DNA of 55,831 nt from Promethearchaeota archaeon (GCA_004524365.1 SDNL01000001.1:1-55831), one strand, 5' to 3'. Shown: positions 45,673 through 54,017, numbered from the stretch's first letter. The notes: generated by a model not told the origin, from the letters alone. Numbers and translations are program-made.

Positions 45673-46626
45673 ATGATAAATTCATCACTTTTAGATACTT
45701 TACTTGAAAATTTTCTAAATCAAGTTAATGATTTAACTGCCGTGTTGGTTGTCGATGCAGATGGACTTATAATCGCTCAAGAATCAACCAAAGACTTTGA
45801 TGAACAAATAATCGCTGCCATTATGGCTATTCTGGATCAAACAATAAATAAGATTAAGAAATATGCCGAAACTTCCTTTGGGAGTGGGACTCTAGATACT
45901 AATGAATTCCGCTTGTTTTATTTAGAATTAGGAGGAGATTTCCCTGTTATATTCGTAATAGTAACCGATTCGTACACAAATATCGATAAATACATCCCTT
46001 ATTCATACCTAGTCGCCGAAAAAGTATCTCTCTTAATAAATAATACAAATGATATTAATGTTAGACTTCCAGAACTCCTTGAAAATGGAGAATTAAGATT
46101 TAATTCTTGCAAGAGTTCTAACAAACGTACCAAGAATTATATTTTGGTAATTGGTCCTCAAAAAGTAGGGAAAACGGCATTAGTAAATAAATATACAAAT
46201 AATGCATTTATTGAACATTATAAACCAACTATAGGATTATCAATAGTTAAAAAAGAACTTCAAATCTCTAAGAAAATTCAATCTATTCTTTATCTATTTG
46301 ATATGGGTGGATTTAAGGCATTTGGTAAAGTAAGGAAGCATTTTTATGAATCGATTGATATTAAAACAATAGTACTTGTTTTTGATTATTCCAAAGAATC
46401 TACTTTAGATAAAATTAATGATTGGTTTTATGAAGTCAATTTATTTAATAAACAAGAAAGCATTCAATATGTTTTAGTTGGAAATAAAATTGATAAAATT
46501 GATTATAGAGAGGAAATTAGAAAAAAAGCTGAGAATATAGCAAATGAATATAATTGTAGGTTATATGAGACATCCGCTCTTACAGGACAGGGTATTGATG
46601 AACTATTTATGAATATAGCCTTTTAA
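45673..46626 (+). CDS. Roadblock/LC7 domain fused to a Ras/Rab-like small GTPase
   Basis: The N-terminal VNDLTAVLVVDADGLIIAQES...IAAIMAILDQT...FPVIFVIVTD is a classic Roadblock/MglB-like pattern. The C-terminal G domain has G1 GPQKVGKT (46153..46176), G2 PTIG, G3 DMGGF (46300..46314), G4 GNKID and G5 ETSA. Confidence 0.75.
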   Translation: MINSSLLDTLLENFLNQVNDLTAVLVVDADGLIIAQESTKDFDEQIIAAIMAILDQTINKIKKYAETSFGSGTLDTNEFRLFYLELGGDFPVIFVIVTDSYTNIDKYIPYSYLVAEKVSLLINNTNDINVRLPELLENGELRFNSCKSSNKRTKNYILVIGPQKVGKTALVNKYTNNAFIEHYKPTIGLSIVKKELQISKKIQSILYLFDMGGFKAFGKVRKHFYESIDIKTIVLVFDYSKESTLDKINDWFYEVNLFNKQESIQYVLVGNKIDKIDYREEIRKKAENIANEYNCRLYETSALTGQGIDELFMNIAF

Positions 46627-46674
46627 TTATAATATTTTCTCTAATTTTAAGTTAAAATGCAATGAAAATTTGAA

Positions 46675-48756
46675 TTGATGCCAATAAAGATGAATAAAAA
46701 AATTAACGCCGTGAAAGCCAAGTTTATTAATCCAATAAAAGAACTTAGTATTCCAACTTTCATTATTGACTCAAATCATAACGTAATTGAATGGAATAAA
46801 GCCATTAAGAACTTGACAGGAGTAAGGCGAAAGGAGATACTTGGCACTTCTAATGCTTGGAAGGCCTTTTATTCAGAAAAGCGCCCTACTTTAGCAGATC
46901 TCTTACTGGATGGAAAGATAGAAGAGATAGAAACATATTTTCAAAACTTTTCAAAGGCAAAGCATTGTCTTAGAGGTTATACTGCTGAGAAATGGCTTGA
47001 AATAAATTATGAGAGATTATATCTTATCATGACTGCTACCGCAATTCTGGATAAAAAAGGGGAGATCATTCAAATTATACAAACAATTGAAGATAGGACA
47101 GAATCAAAACATATAAAGGATAGAAAAGAGTTTTTAAATTCAATATTTCGGCATGATGCAAATAATATGATAAATGTATGCCACGGGTTTCTCAAATTAT
47201 TGGAAAAAACTGAATTAACAGAAGTGCAGAAGGACTATCTTCAAGAAGCTATTAATGCTTCGCGTGGAGTAATCAGCATCATTGAAAAAGTAAGTAAACT
47301 TCAAAAAGTTGGAAGGGAAGAGACTCAAGACCTGTCATTAGGGGATTTAATTCAAGAAATTGTAAATAAAAATCAATTCCAAGCAAAGGAAAAAGGTATT
47401 ACGATTGAAGTATGTCTTCCAGAATTTAGCTCAAATGTCCAAGCAGGGGAATTGCTTGAAGATGTGTTTATTAATATAATTGGAAATTCATTGCAACATA
47501 GTCAATGCGACAAAATTAAAATCTCGGGAAGAGAAAGTAAGGATGCAATTATTTGTTGTATTGAAGATAATGGAAAGGGAATAAAAGAAGAAGATAAAGA
47601 AATGATATTTAATCAAGGATTTAAGAGAGGAAAAAGTGCTGGATCAGGATTGGGGTTATTTCTTGTTAAAAAGATTACTAATAATTATGGGGCGAAAGTT
47701 TATGTAAAGGATTCTCAACTTGGTGGTGTGAAATTCGAAGTTCAATTAAAGAAGAGTAAAGGAAGACCAGAAAAAAGAAGAAATTCATTATCTCAAATTG
47801 AAAATGATTTTCATCTCACAGAAGATTCTTTACTTAATAATGAACATCATCTCCAAAATTTAATTGTTGTGGTCGATGATAATTTACAATTTTTAACCTA
47901 TATGAAAGTTTTACTAGAAAATTATGATTACAAAGTGGAAACTTTTAGAAGTGCTGTAAATGCCTTATCATATATTGAAAATCAGGACTATCACTCTATT
48001 CCTGATCTTATTATTTCTGATATACGCATGCCAGAACTCTCAGGATATGAATTCTTTAAGAATCTTTCTTCTAATCCAAAATTAAATCGCATTCCTTTTA
48101 TATTCCTTTCTGGGTTGAGCTCGAAGGATGATATTAGATTAGGAAAATATCTTGGAGCTGATGATTATATTACCAAACCGGTTTATGAAGAAGATATCCT
48201 TGCTTCGATTAAAGGAAAACTCCGTAGAAAAAAAGCAGGGAGCGTGTTTGAAACGGAAATTGATAAATATTTAAATTTAGAACAAAAGCGAGACAATAAA
48301 CTTGAAAATATGAAGTTTGATGAGGAAATCGTTCTTTTTTTGATATTTTGGGATGATAAAAAAGGTCCAAAATTAATTGAACAATATCCTGAGAAAAGCA
48401 GAATTTCACTTTCTGTTGATAAACTTGGTACTCAAATATTTCAAGCAATCGTTCCAATATATGGGCAATCAAAAAATATTGTAAATGCGGAAGATGTATT
48501 ATTTAGAATCGAAAATATCAATAAACATGCGTATCTTTACTTTGATGCATTTTATGATGAGTCAAAGCGATCTAAACAGACAGAATTTATGCTTTCAGTA
48601 ATCGCTCCAACGATAAGTTATTTTGAATCATTAAAATTAAAAAAAATATTATCTAATCTCTCAAATATATTAAAAGAAGATAACGACACGAAAAAAATAA
48701 ATTTCAGGCAGTATTGGAAAGACATTTTAGGCATTTTAAGTAAATTTGAAAATTAA
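46675..48756 (+). CDS. Hybrid sensor kinase: PAS - HisKA - HATPase - REC - extra C-terminal alpha/beta domain (longin/Roadblock-like, tentative)
   Basis: H-box FRHDANNMINV, N-box NIIGNSLQHS, G-boxes EDNGKGI / GSGLGLFLVKKI. REC domain (VVVDDN...LIISDIRMPELSGY...ITKPV). The final ~150 aa (IVLFLIFWDDKKGPKLIEQYPE...) have no kinase-related motif. TTG listed; ATG at 46678. Confidence 0.8.
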   Translation: MMPIKMNKKINAVKAKFINPIKELSIPTFIIDSNHNVIEWNKAIKNLTGVRRKEILGTSNAWKAFYSEKRPTLADLLLDGKIEEIETYFQNFSKAKHCLRGYTAEKWLEINYERLYLIMTATAILDKKGEIIQIIQTIEDRTESKHIKDRKEFLNSIFRHDANNMINVCHGFLKLLEKTELTEVQKDYLQEAINASRGVISIIEKVSKLQKVGREETQDLSLGDLIQEIVNKNQFQAKEKGITIEVCLPEFSSNVQAGELLEDVFINIIGNSLQHSQCDKIKISGRESKDAIICCIEDNGKGIKEEDKEMIFNQGFKRGKSAGSGLGLFLVKKITNNYGAKVYVKDSQLGGVKFEVQLKKSKGRPEKRRNSLSQIENDFHLTEDSLLNNEHHLQNLIVVVDDNLQFLTYMKVLLENYDYKVETFRSAVNALSYIENQDYHSIPDLIISDIRMPELSGYEFFKNLSSNPKLNRIPFIFLSGLSSKDDIRLGKYLGADDYITKPVYEEDILASIKGKLRRKKAGSVFETEIDKYLNLEQKRDNKLENMKFDEEIVLFLIFWDDKKGPKLIEQYPEKSRISLSVDKLGTQIFQAIVPIYGQSKNIVNAEDVLFRIENINKHAYLYFDAFYDESKRSKQTEFMLSVIAPTISYFESLKLKKILSNLSNILKEDNDTKKINFRQYWKDILGILSKFEN

Positions 48757-48908
48757 AATCTAATTAATCAATAATTTCAACAATAGGGTTAAAAATTAAA
48801 TATCAGCTTTAAGGAGTTTATTTTTTTAGTTAAAATTAAATAGAAAAACTATATTAAATAAATACACACTATTTATAAAAATAAAAATGTATTAAAAACA
48901 TAAATTAA

Positions 48909-49844
48909 TTGATTCAAACTATGAAAAGTCTAAAGCTAATAATTGCAGGTTTAGATTATGCTGGGAAGACAAGTTCCATTATTGCTCTTAGAGAAAAATA
49001 TAATTTTTACGAAAAAGTGGAAAATTTGAAGCCCACGGTCAAGATTGAATATAGTAGTTTCAACTTTCTCAATCAATGGGAAGTTAATATTTGGGATATG
49101 GGTGGACAAGAGAAGTATAGACAAATTTATTTAGATAAACCAGAATATTTCGCAGATACAAATTATTTCTATTATTATATTGATATTCAAGATGAAAAAA
49201 AGATCTCCGAATCAATTAATTATTTTGAAGAATTATTAACAATTTTGAAAGATTTTAATTATTCTAATAAAATAATAATCTGTTTTCACAAATATGACCC
49301 AAAATTAAGAAGAAATAAAGATATTCTTGAAAGAATTACAAGTGTAAAGAAAAAACTTAAACAAAATGAACATTTTGAGTTTAAATTCTTTAGAACTTCA
49401 ATTTTTGATATTTCAACTCTTTCTAAAGCAATCTCATATTCATTAAATAGCTTAATTGATTTTAGTGTTTTAAAGCTAATTTTAAAGGGATTAATTCGAA
49501 AATTTAATGGAAATTATGCAATTTTATATACTGATTCAGGTGTGATACTTGTTGATTTTTATAAAGAAATTTTAGATTCGATTGAATATGAAGAGAAAGT
49601 ACGTCAATCAATTAACCGTGACCTTGTACTCATTCAAAAATTGAAGGATGATAATGTTGAATTCAATGAACGAGTAGATTATGATGAAGAGATTAAATAT
49701 TTAAAAAAATATGAGATTGGGGACAATATTTTCTTTCTAAAGATGAACGCTCCAAAAATGAGAGAGGAAAAAATACAATTATTGAAAAATAACTTTCAAA
49801 ATTTCGAAAACGACCTCCAAGAGATATTTTCAAATAATTCGTAA
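48909..49844 (+). CDS. Rag/Gtr-like (Arf-related) small GTPase with C-terminal Roadblock-like domain
   Basis: G1 GLDYAGKTS, G2 PTV, G3 WDMGGQEKYR (49092..49109). G4 is HKYD (49287..49298), the HKxD variant characteristic of Rag/Gtr GTPases rather than NKxD. The C-terminal ~125 aa (GNYAILYTDSGVILVDFYKE...) look Roadblock-like. The 311 aa length is close to eukaryotic RagA. TTG listed; ATG at 48921. Confidence 0.65.
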   Translation: MIQTMKSLKLIIAGLDYAGKTSSIIALREKYNFYEKVENLKPTVKIEYSSFNFLNQWEVNIWDMGGQEKYRQIYLDKPEYFADTNYFYYYIDIQDEKKISESINYFEELLTILKDFNYSNKIIICFHKYDPKLRRNKDILERITSVKKKLKQNEHFEFKFFRTSIFDISTLSKAISYSLNSLIDFSVLKLILKGLIRKFNGNYAILYTDSGVILVDFYKEILDSIEYEEKVRQSINRDLVLIQKLKDDNVEFNERVDYDEEIKYLKKYEIGDNIFFLKMNAPKMREEKIQLLKNNFQNFENDLQEIFSNNS

Positions 49845-49853
49845 GGAGTTTGC

Positions 49854-49910
49854 TTTTTTTATTTTAATTATTTTTATCTCATTTTTATCTCATTTTTATC
49901 TCATTTTTAT
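49854..49910 (+). terminator. Oligo-T tracts downstream of the Rag-like gene (probable archaeal intrinsic terminator region)
   Basis: A T7 run at 49854..49860 lies 10 nt after the stop codon, followed by four T5 runs within an 11-bp tandem repeat. Archaeal RNA polymerase terminates at oligo-dT stretches. Confidence 0.4.
49870..49910. repeat. 11-bp tandem repeat, ATTTTTATCTC x about 3.7
   Basis: Read directly: atttttatctc atttttatctc atttttatctc atttttat. Confidence 0.85.
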
Positions 49911-50156
49911 TGCTCTGCTATTTCTTCTTCCTCATAGTCTGGAGATTACATTGGTAGAACAAATATCATATCTTTTAACCATTTATTAGTAATCATAAAT
50001 GATTTTTTGTTTTGCTCAGATTTAAAAACAAAGACTATTATTAATTATTCTGAATTGACCAGTTAAAACTGTTGATATTTATTACAAATAATACACCAAA
50101 AAATTTTTAATATTAATTATGTGTCAATTCACAACTATTATAAGGGTTATTAATAA

Positions 50157-50162
50157 AGGAGG
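50157..50162 (+). promoter_or_regulatory. Shine-Dalgarno-like AGGAGG, 8 nt upstream of the ATG at 50171
   Basis: The sequence aataaAGGAGGtattcttaATG. Confidence 0.45.
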
Positions 50163-50170
50163 TATTCTTA

Positions 50171-50782
50171 ATGTTGGTAAATATTTTATGTCCGTATTGT
50201 AAGAAAATGTTTCGAAAGGAAATTACAAATACAAAAAAATCTGGGACTCTTTATTCCACACTAATAAAGGCCCAAGATGGACATGAAGGATGTGGTGCAT
50301 TTTTAGCATTTATCGATAATAACGGAATGCATCGGGGCTCTCAAAAAATTGATCATATTGAAGAAGCACATTCCGAAAATGAAACTTATATTAATCAAGC
50401 ACTTAAAAATATAAATGAATTGGATGAAAAAATTAGATTCTATCATCTTAAAATCCCTAAAACAAAATTCAAACGTTCCTTTGAGTATAAAGTGGCCAGC
50501 GTAAAGGATAGGGCATTTATGAGTTCACGCACTTATAAAGGCTTATTTAATTTTGTTAAAGATTGTAGGAATGATAATATGTTTGGAATGCTTTCTTTAG
50601 ATTCGGATGCTGAACTTGATGGCTCATTAGTCTATGGAAAATATATGGGGTTACTCTATGTTCTCTATTGGAATAATCAAAAAAAAATAAGAAATAGTTC
50701 TTGGGATGAAATCAAAGGCTATACCAATCTTACTGTTGAAAAACTTATTGAGTTGTACGAATTGATCGATTTATTCTTTTAA
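50171..50782 (+). CDS. Zinc-ribbon protein, paralogue of 32586..33236
   Basis: CPYCKKMF...GCGAFLAFIDNNGMHRGSQKIDH aligns with CPVCDKKD...CGHSFQVYIDKNYVPRGYQKIDF. The C-terminal alpha/beta region is possibly Roadblock-like. Confidence 0.5.
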   Translation: MLVNILCPYCKKMFRKEITNTKKSGTLYSTLIKAQDGHEGCGAFLAFIDNNGMHRGSQKIDHIEEAHSENETYINQALKNINELDEKIRFYHLKIPKTKFKRSFEYKVASVKDRAFMSSRTYKGLFNFVKDCRNDNMFGMLSLDSDAELDGSLVYGKYMGLLYVLYWNNQKKIRNSSWDEIKGYTNLTVEKLIELYELIDLFF

Positions 50783-51003
50783 ATCAAAATATGATATCAT
50801 AATGCTTTTCCTTTGATTTGTTAACTTGATTACCTTATACTGAAATTTAATTCTATAAAACAGTTGTTTGAACTTACTTGACTTCATTTTTCTATAAGAA
50901 TGTCTAATTGTAAAATTTTTAGGCAAACCATAAAAAATTTTAAGAAAAGAGTATTTCTCATTATAATATTAAAATAATTATTTAACGAAGTGTTATTTGA
51001 AAA

Positions 51004-51759
51004 ATGGGCAAGAGAATATTGGTACAGAGAAAAGGACAAGGTCATATTTGGGCTCGCTCACCTAGTCATCGCCATGTAGGGAGTGTAAAATACAGACCGT
51101 TCAAAGAAGGCGAGGATAGCTTTTCATTTAAGATTATTGATTTGATTCACTCTCCTGGCAGAGGTGCACCAGTGGCAAAGGTTCAATATCATGACAACAC
51201 AAAAGGATTATATTTACCACCAGAAGGTGTATATGTCGGTGATACATTTGTCCAAACCAGATTAGATATTAATCAATTGGAAGATATGGACGAAAAAAAG
51301 GATATGATCACCGTGGGCAATATTGTACCTTTGAAAAATTTAGCTTTAGGTTCGTTAATATTTAATATCGAAAATAACCCGCAAGATGGGGGTAAGTTTG
51401 CTCGCTCATCGGGAATTGCAGCAAGAATTACAGAAAAGTCAGGGAATAAAGTACGGGTGTTATTCTCCTCTAAAAAACGTAAATGGGTAAATGAAAATTG
51501 TCTTTGTACCATTGGCGCCGTAGCAGGCGGAGGTCGTACGGATAAACCCTTCTTGAAGGCAGGTAATAAGTATTATTATGTTAGATCGAAGGCAAAGAAA
51601 TGGCCGGTTGTTCGTGGGGTTGCAATGAATGCCTGCTCCCATCCCTTTGGTGGCGGGGCACATAAGTCTCCACATAGACCAGCTTCCACTGCCCGTAATG
51701 CCCCTCCTGGACGTAAAGTTGGACAGATTGCATCGCGACGAACAGGTCATAGAAATTAA
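51004..51759 (+). CDS. rpl2: 50S ribosomal protein uL2 (L2P)
   Basis: MGKRILVQRKGQG..., GNIVPL, GGKFARSSG, GAVAGGGRTDKPFLKAG, VRGVAMNACSHPFGGG and APPGRKVGQIASRRTG. Confidence 0.9.
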   Translation: MGKRILVQRKGQGHIWARSPSHRHVGSVKYRPFKEGEDSFSFKIIDLIHSPGRGAPVAKVQYHDNTKGLYLPPEGVYVGDTFVQTRLDINQLEDMDEKKDMITVGNIVPLKNLALGSLIFNIENNPQDGGKFARSSGIAARITEKSGNKVRVLFSSKKRKWVNENCLCTIGAVAGGGRTDKPFLKAGNKYYYVRSKAKKWPVVRGVAMNACSHPFGGGAHKSPHRPASTARNAPPGRKVGQIASRRTGHRN

Positions 51760-51947
51760 ATTGACTTAAACTTGATTTTTTTAACTCATTGTTTATTAAT
51801 ATTTCTCTTTAAATCTGCTTAAGAATTATTTCAACCTTATGTATACTCCAGAGAAAAAATATTATTGATTCGATTTGCGAATTAGCATAAAATTATTTTA
51901 ACTATAGGAAACTCTTATTTTTAAACAAGGGCTATTCTTACATAACA

Positions 51948-53066
51948 ATGAAACCATTTCAATTGCTAATAAAACCTGTCTCCTATGATTGTAATTTAAG
52001 ATGTGAATATTGTTTCTATTTGAGAATAGGAGATGAACTATACCAAGATATAACTCGACCTCGGATGAGCGAAGAAGTGCTTGAGGCAATGATCTCGCAA
52101 CTTTTAAGTTATAGGTTTCCGGAGTCAATTTTTGGGTGGCAAGGAGGCGAGCCTACTCTAGCGGGCTTGGATTTTTTTATGAAAGTTGTATCCCTTCAGC
52201 AAAAATATGGAGAATCGGGGCAAGTAGTTGGTAATGCATTTCAAACAAATGGAGTTCTAATAGATGAGAATTGGGCGAAATTTTTATATAAATATCGATT
52301 TTTAGTAGGACTATCACTCGACGGTCCAAAGCAAATACATGATAGATATCGACATAGTATAGGGGGAAAATCGGTATGGAAGAAAGTTATGAGGGCTGCT
52401 GAACTCTTTCAACGCTATAATGTACAATTTAATATTTTGTGCGTAATTAGTAGGGCGAATGTGAATCGAGTTGAGGAAGTGTATAAATTCTTTCTTAAAC
52501 AGGGGTTTAATCATATGCAATTCATTCCTGCTCTTGAATCTGATGAAAAAGGGAATAAAGCACCGTTTTCAGTTAATCCTAATCAATACGGAACATTTTT
52601 ATGCCGTTTATTTGATATTTGGAAACAAAATCCAAATAGGGCATCCGTCCGGATGTTTGATGCCGTACTTTCTTATTATTTGGGATATCCTAAAGGGGAA
52701 TGCACCTTTGAGAAAAAATGTGCCGAATATCTACTCGTCGAACATAACGGTGATGTATATCCATGCGATTTTTTTGTTCAAGATAAATATAAATTAGGTA
52801 ATCTTTTAGAAACACCGCTTTCAGAATTAAAACAAAGACGTGCCTCCTCCTTTGAAAAGAGAAAGGTAACCCTCTCAGAAGATTGTAAAAATTGTAAATG
52901 GTTGGAATTATGTTTTGGAGGGTGCATAAAGGATCGAATCTTTCAAGCAAATCCTCATCCCGAAAAAACCTATTTCTGTGATGCGTATAAACAGTTTTTC
53001 GATCATGCTGCTAATTGGTTCCAAAGTCAAGCTCGTCAAATTCGTCTCATGAATAAAAGAAGATAA
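51948..53066 (+). CDS. Radical SAM/SPASM enzyme, anaerobic sulfatase-maturating-enzyme-like
   Basis: CNLRCEYC (CxxxCxxC) near the N-terminus, GGEPTL, and the C-terminal SPASM motif CKNCKWLELCFGGC. Confidence 0.75.
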   Translation: MKPFQLLIKPVSYDCNLRCEYCFYLRIGDELYQDITRPRMSEEVLEAMISQLLSYRFPESIFGWQGGEPTLAGLDFFMKVVSLQQKYGESGQVVGNAFQTNGVLIDENWAKFLYKYRFLVGLSLDGPKQIHDRYRHSIGGKSVWKKVMRAAELFQRYNVQFNILCVISRANVNRVEEVYKFFLKQGFNHMQFIPALESDEKGNKAPFSVNPNQYGTFLCRLFDIWKQNPNRASVRMFDAVLSYYLGYPKGECTFEKKCAEYLLVEHNGDVYPCDFFVQDKYKLGNLLETPLSELKQRRASSFEKRKVTLSEDCKNCKWLELCFGGCIKDRIFQANPHPEKTYFCDAYKQFFDHAANWFQSQARQIRLMNKRR

Positions 53067-53114
53067 AAAGAAGAAAATATTAAAAAATTTATTGATTGTT
53101 CATTTTTGTAAGGA

Positions 53115-54017
53115 TTAATAATTAAGTTTCAGATTTTTTAATAAATCTTTATAACGGGATCTCAAAGTAACCTCTGTCACTCCTACTAATTGTGAGATTT
53201 CTTTTTGGCTTATCTTAATGTTTTTAAATTTTGCAACCAGGTATATTACCCCTGCACAAAACCCTTTCGGATCCTTGCCACAAATATTATGTGTTTTATA
53301 ATATTCTTTTAGAATTTTTATACACGCCTTTTCTACCTCTACCGGAAGTCCTAAATCAGCACAAAAACGTGGTATTAAATATATCGGGTCCAAATTATGA
53401 GTATTTAAACCAAGTTGTTTCACTAACACTTTAAAACATTTTTTGATGATCTTTTCATTAATTGCACTTTCATCTAAGATCTCTTGGAGAGTTATTGGGA
53501 TCTTTTCCTCTTTACATTTATAATACGCACATGCAGTAATCATTCCCTTAATTGAACGACCCCGTAATAAATCTCTTTCAAACACTTTTTTATATAGCTT
53601 AACTGCTGCCTTTTTAACACGTTCAGGAAAATTAAGAATACTCCCGATACGTTTTAGTTCGGTAATGGCGATGAGCATATTTCTATTTTCCCATGATAAA
53701 TGAGTACTCCACTTCGCAGCTCTCTTTAGATCCTGATTCTTTATCTCTGACGGGTCTATTACAGTTGCTAAGCCAATATCAGGAACTAAAATAGAAATCG
53801 GACATCCAGTCCTACTCTTTCTTTCTTTTTCTTGCTTAGTATAAGCTCGAATACCACTATGAGAAAGATCAATTAACCGATCTCTCACAATTAATCCACA
53901 ACCCTTACAAACAGTCTCCCCTTTTTCATAAATATCTATAGTAGCACTTCCACACTCCGGGCATCTGTTTAAATCTTGCGTTACTGTCTCATTTTTAATT
54001 TCTACCATATTTTTCAA
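53115..54017 (-). CDS. tfb: Transcription initiation factor B (TFIIB homologue)
   Basis: N-terminal zinc ribbon CPECGS...CKGCGLIV, a B-linker, two cyclin-fold repeats, and a 300 aa length. Confidence 0.9.
   Translation of the reverse strand: MKNMVEIKNETVTQDLNRCPECGSATIDIYEKGETVCKGCGLIVRDRLIDLSHSGIRAYTKQEKERKSRTGCPISILVPDIGLATVIDPSEIKNQDLKRAAKWSTHLSWENRNMLIAITELKRIGSILNFPERVKKAAVKLYKKVFERDLLRGRSIKGMITACAYYKCKEEKIPITLQEILDESAINEKIIKKCFKVLVKQLGLNTHNLDPIYLIPRFCADLGLPVEVEKACIKILKEYYKTHNICGKDPKGFCAGVIYLVAKFKNIKISQKEISQLVGVTEVTLRSRYKDLLKNLKLNY

Noticed and set aside
49870-49910. Tandem repeat considered as a mini-CRISPR array
   Set aside because: The unit is only 11 bp, there are no spacers, and no cas genes are present. 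It is a simple tandem repeat or oligo-T region.
51273-51750. Minus-strand ORFs 51273..51512 and 51460..51750
   Set aside because: They are antisense to the strongly supported rpl2 gene, whose relatively GC-rich sequence keeps other frames open.
51898-52950. ORFs 51898..52128(-), 52314..52520(-), 52471..52797(+) and 52690..52950(-)
   Set aside because: They overlap the radical SAM/SPASM gene, which has diagnostic Cys motifs at both ends.
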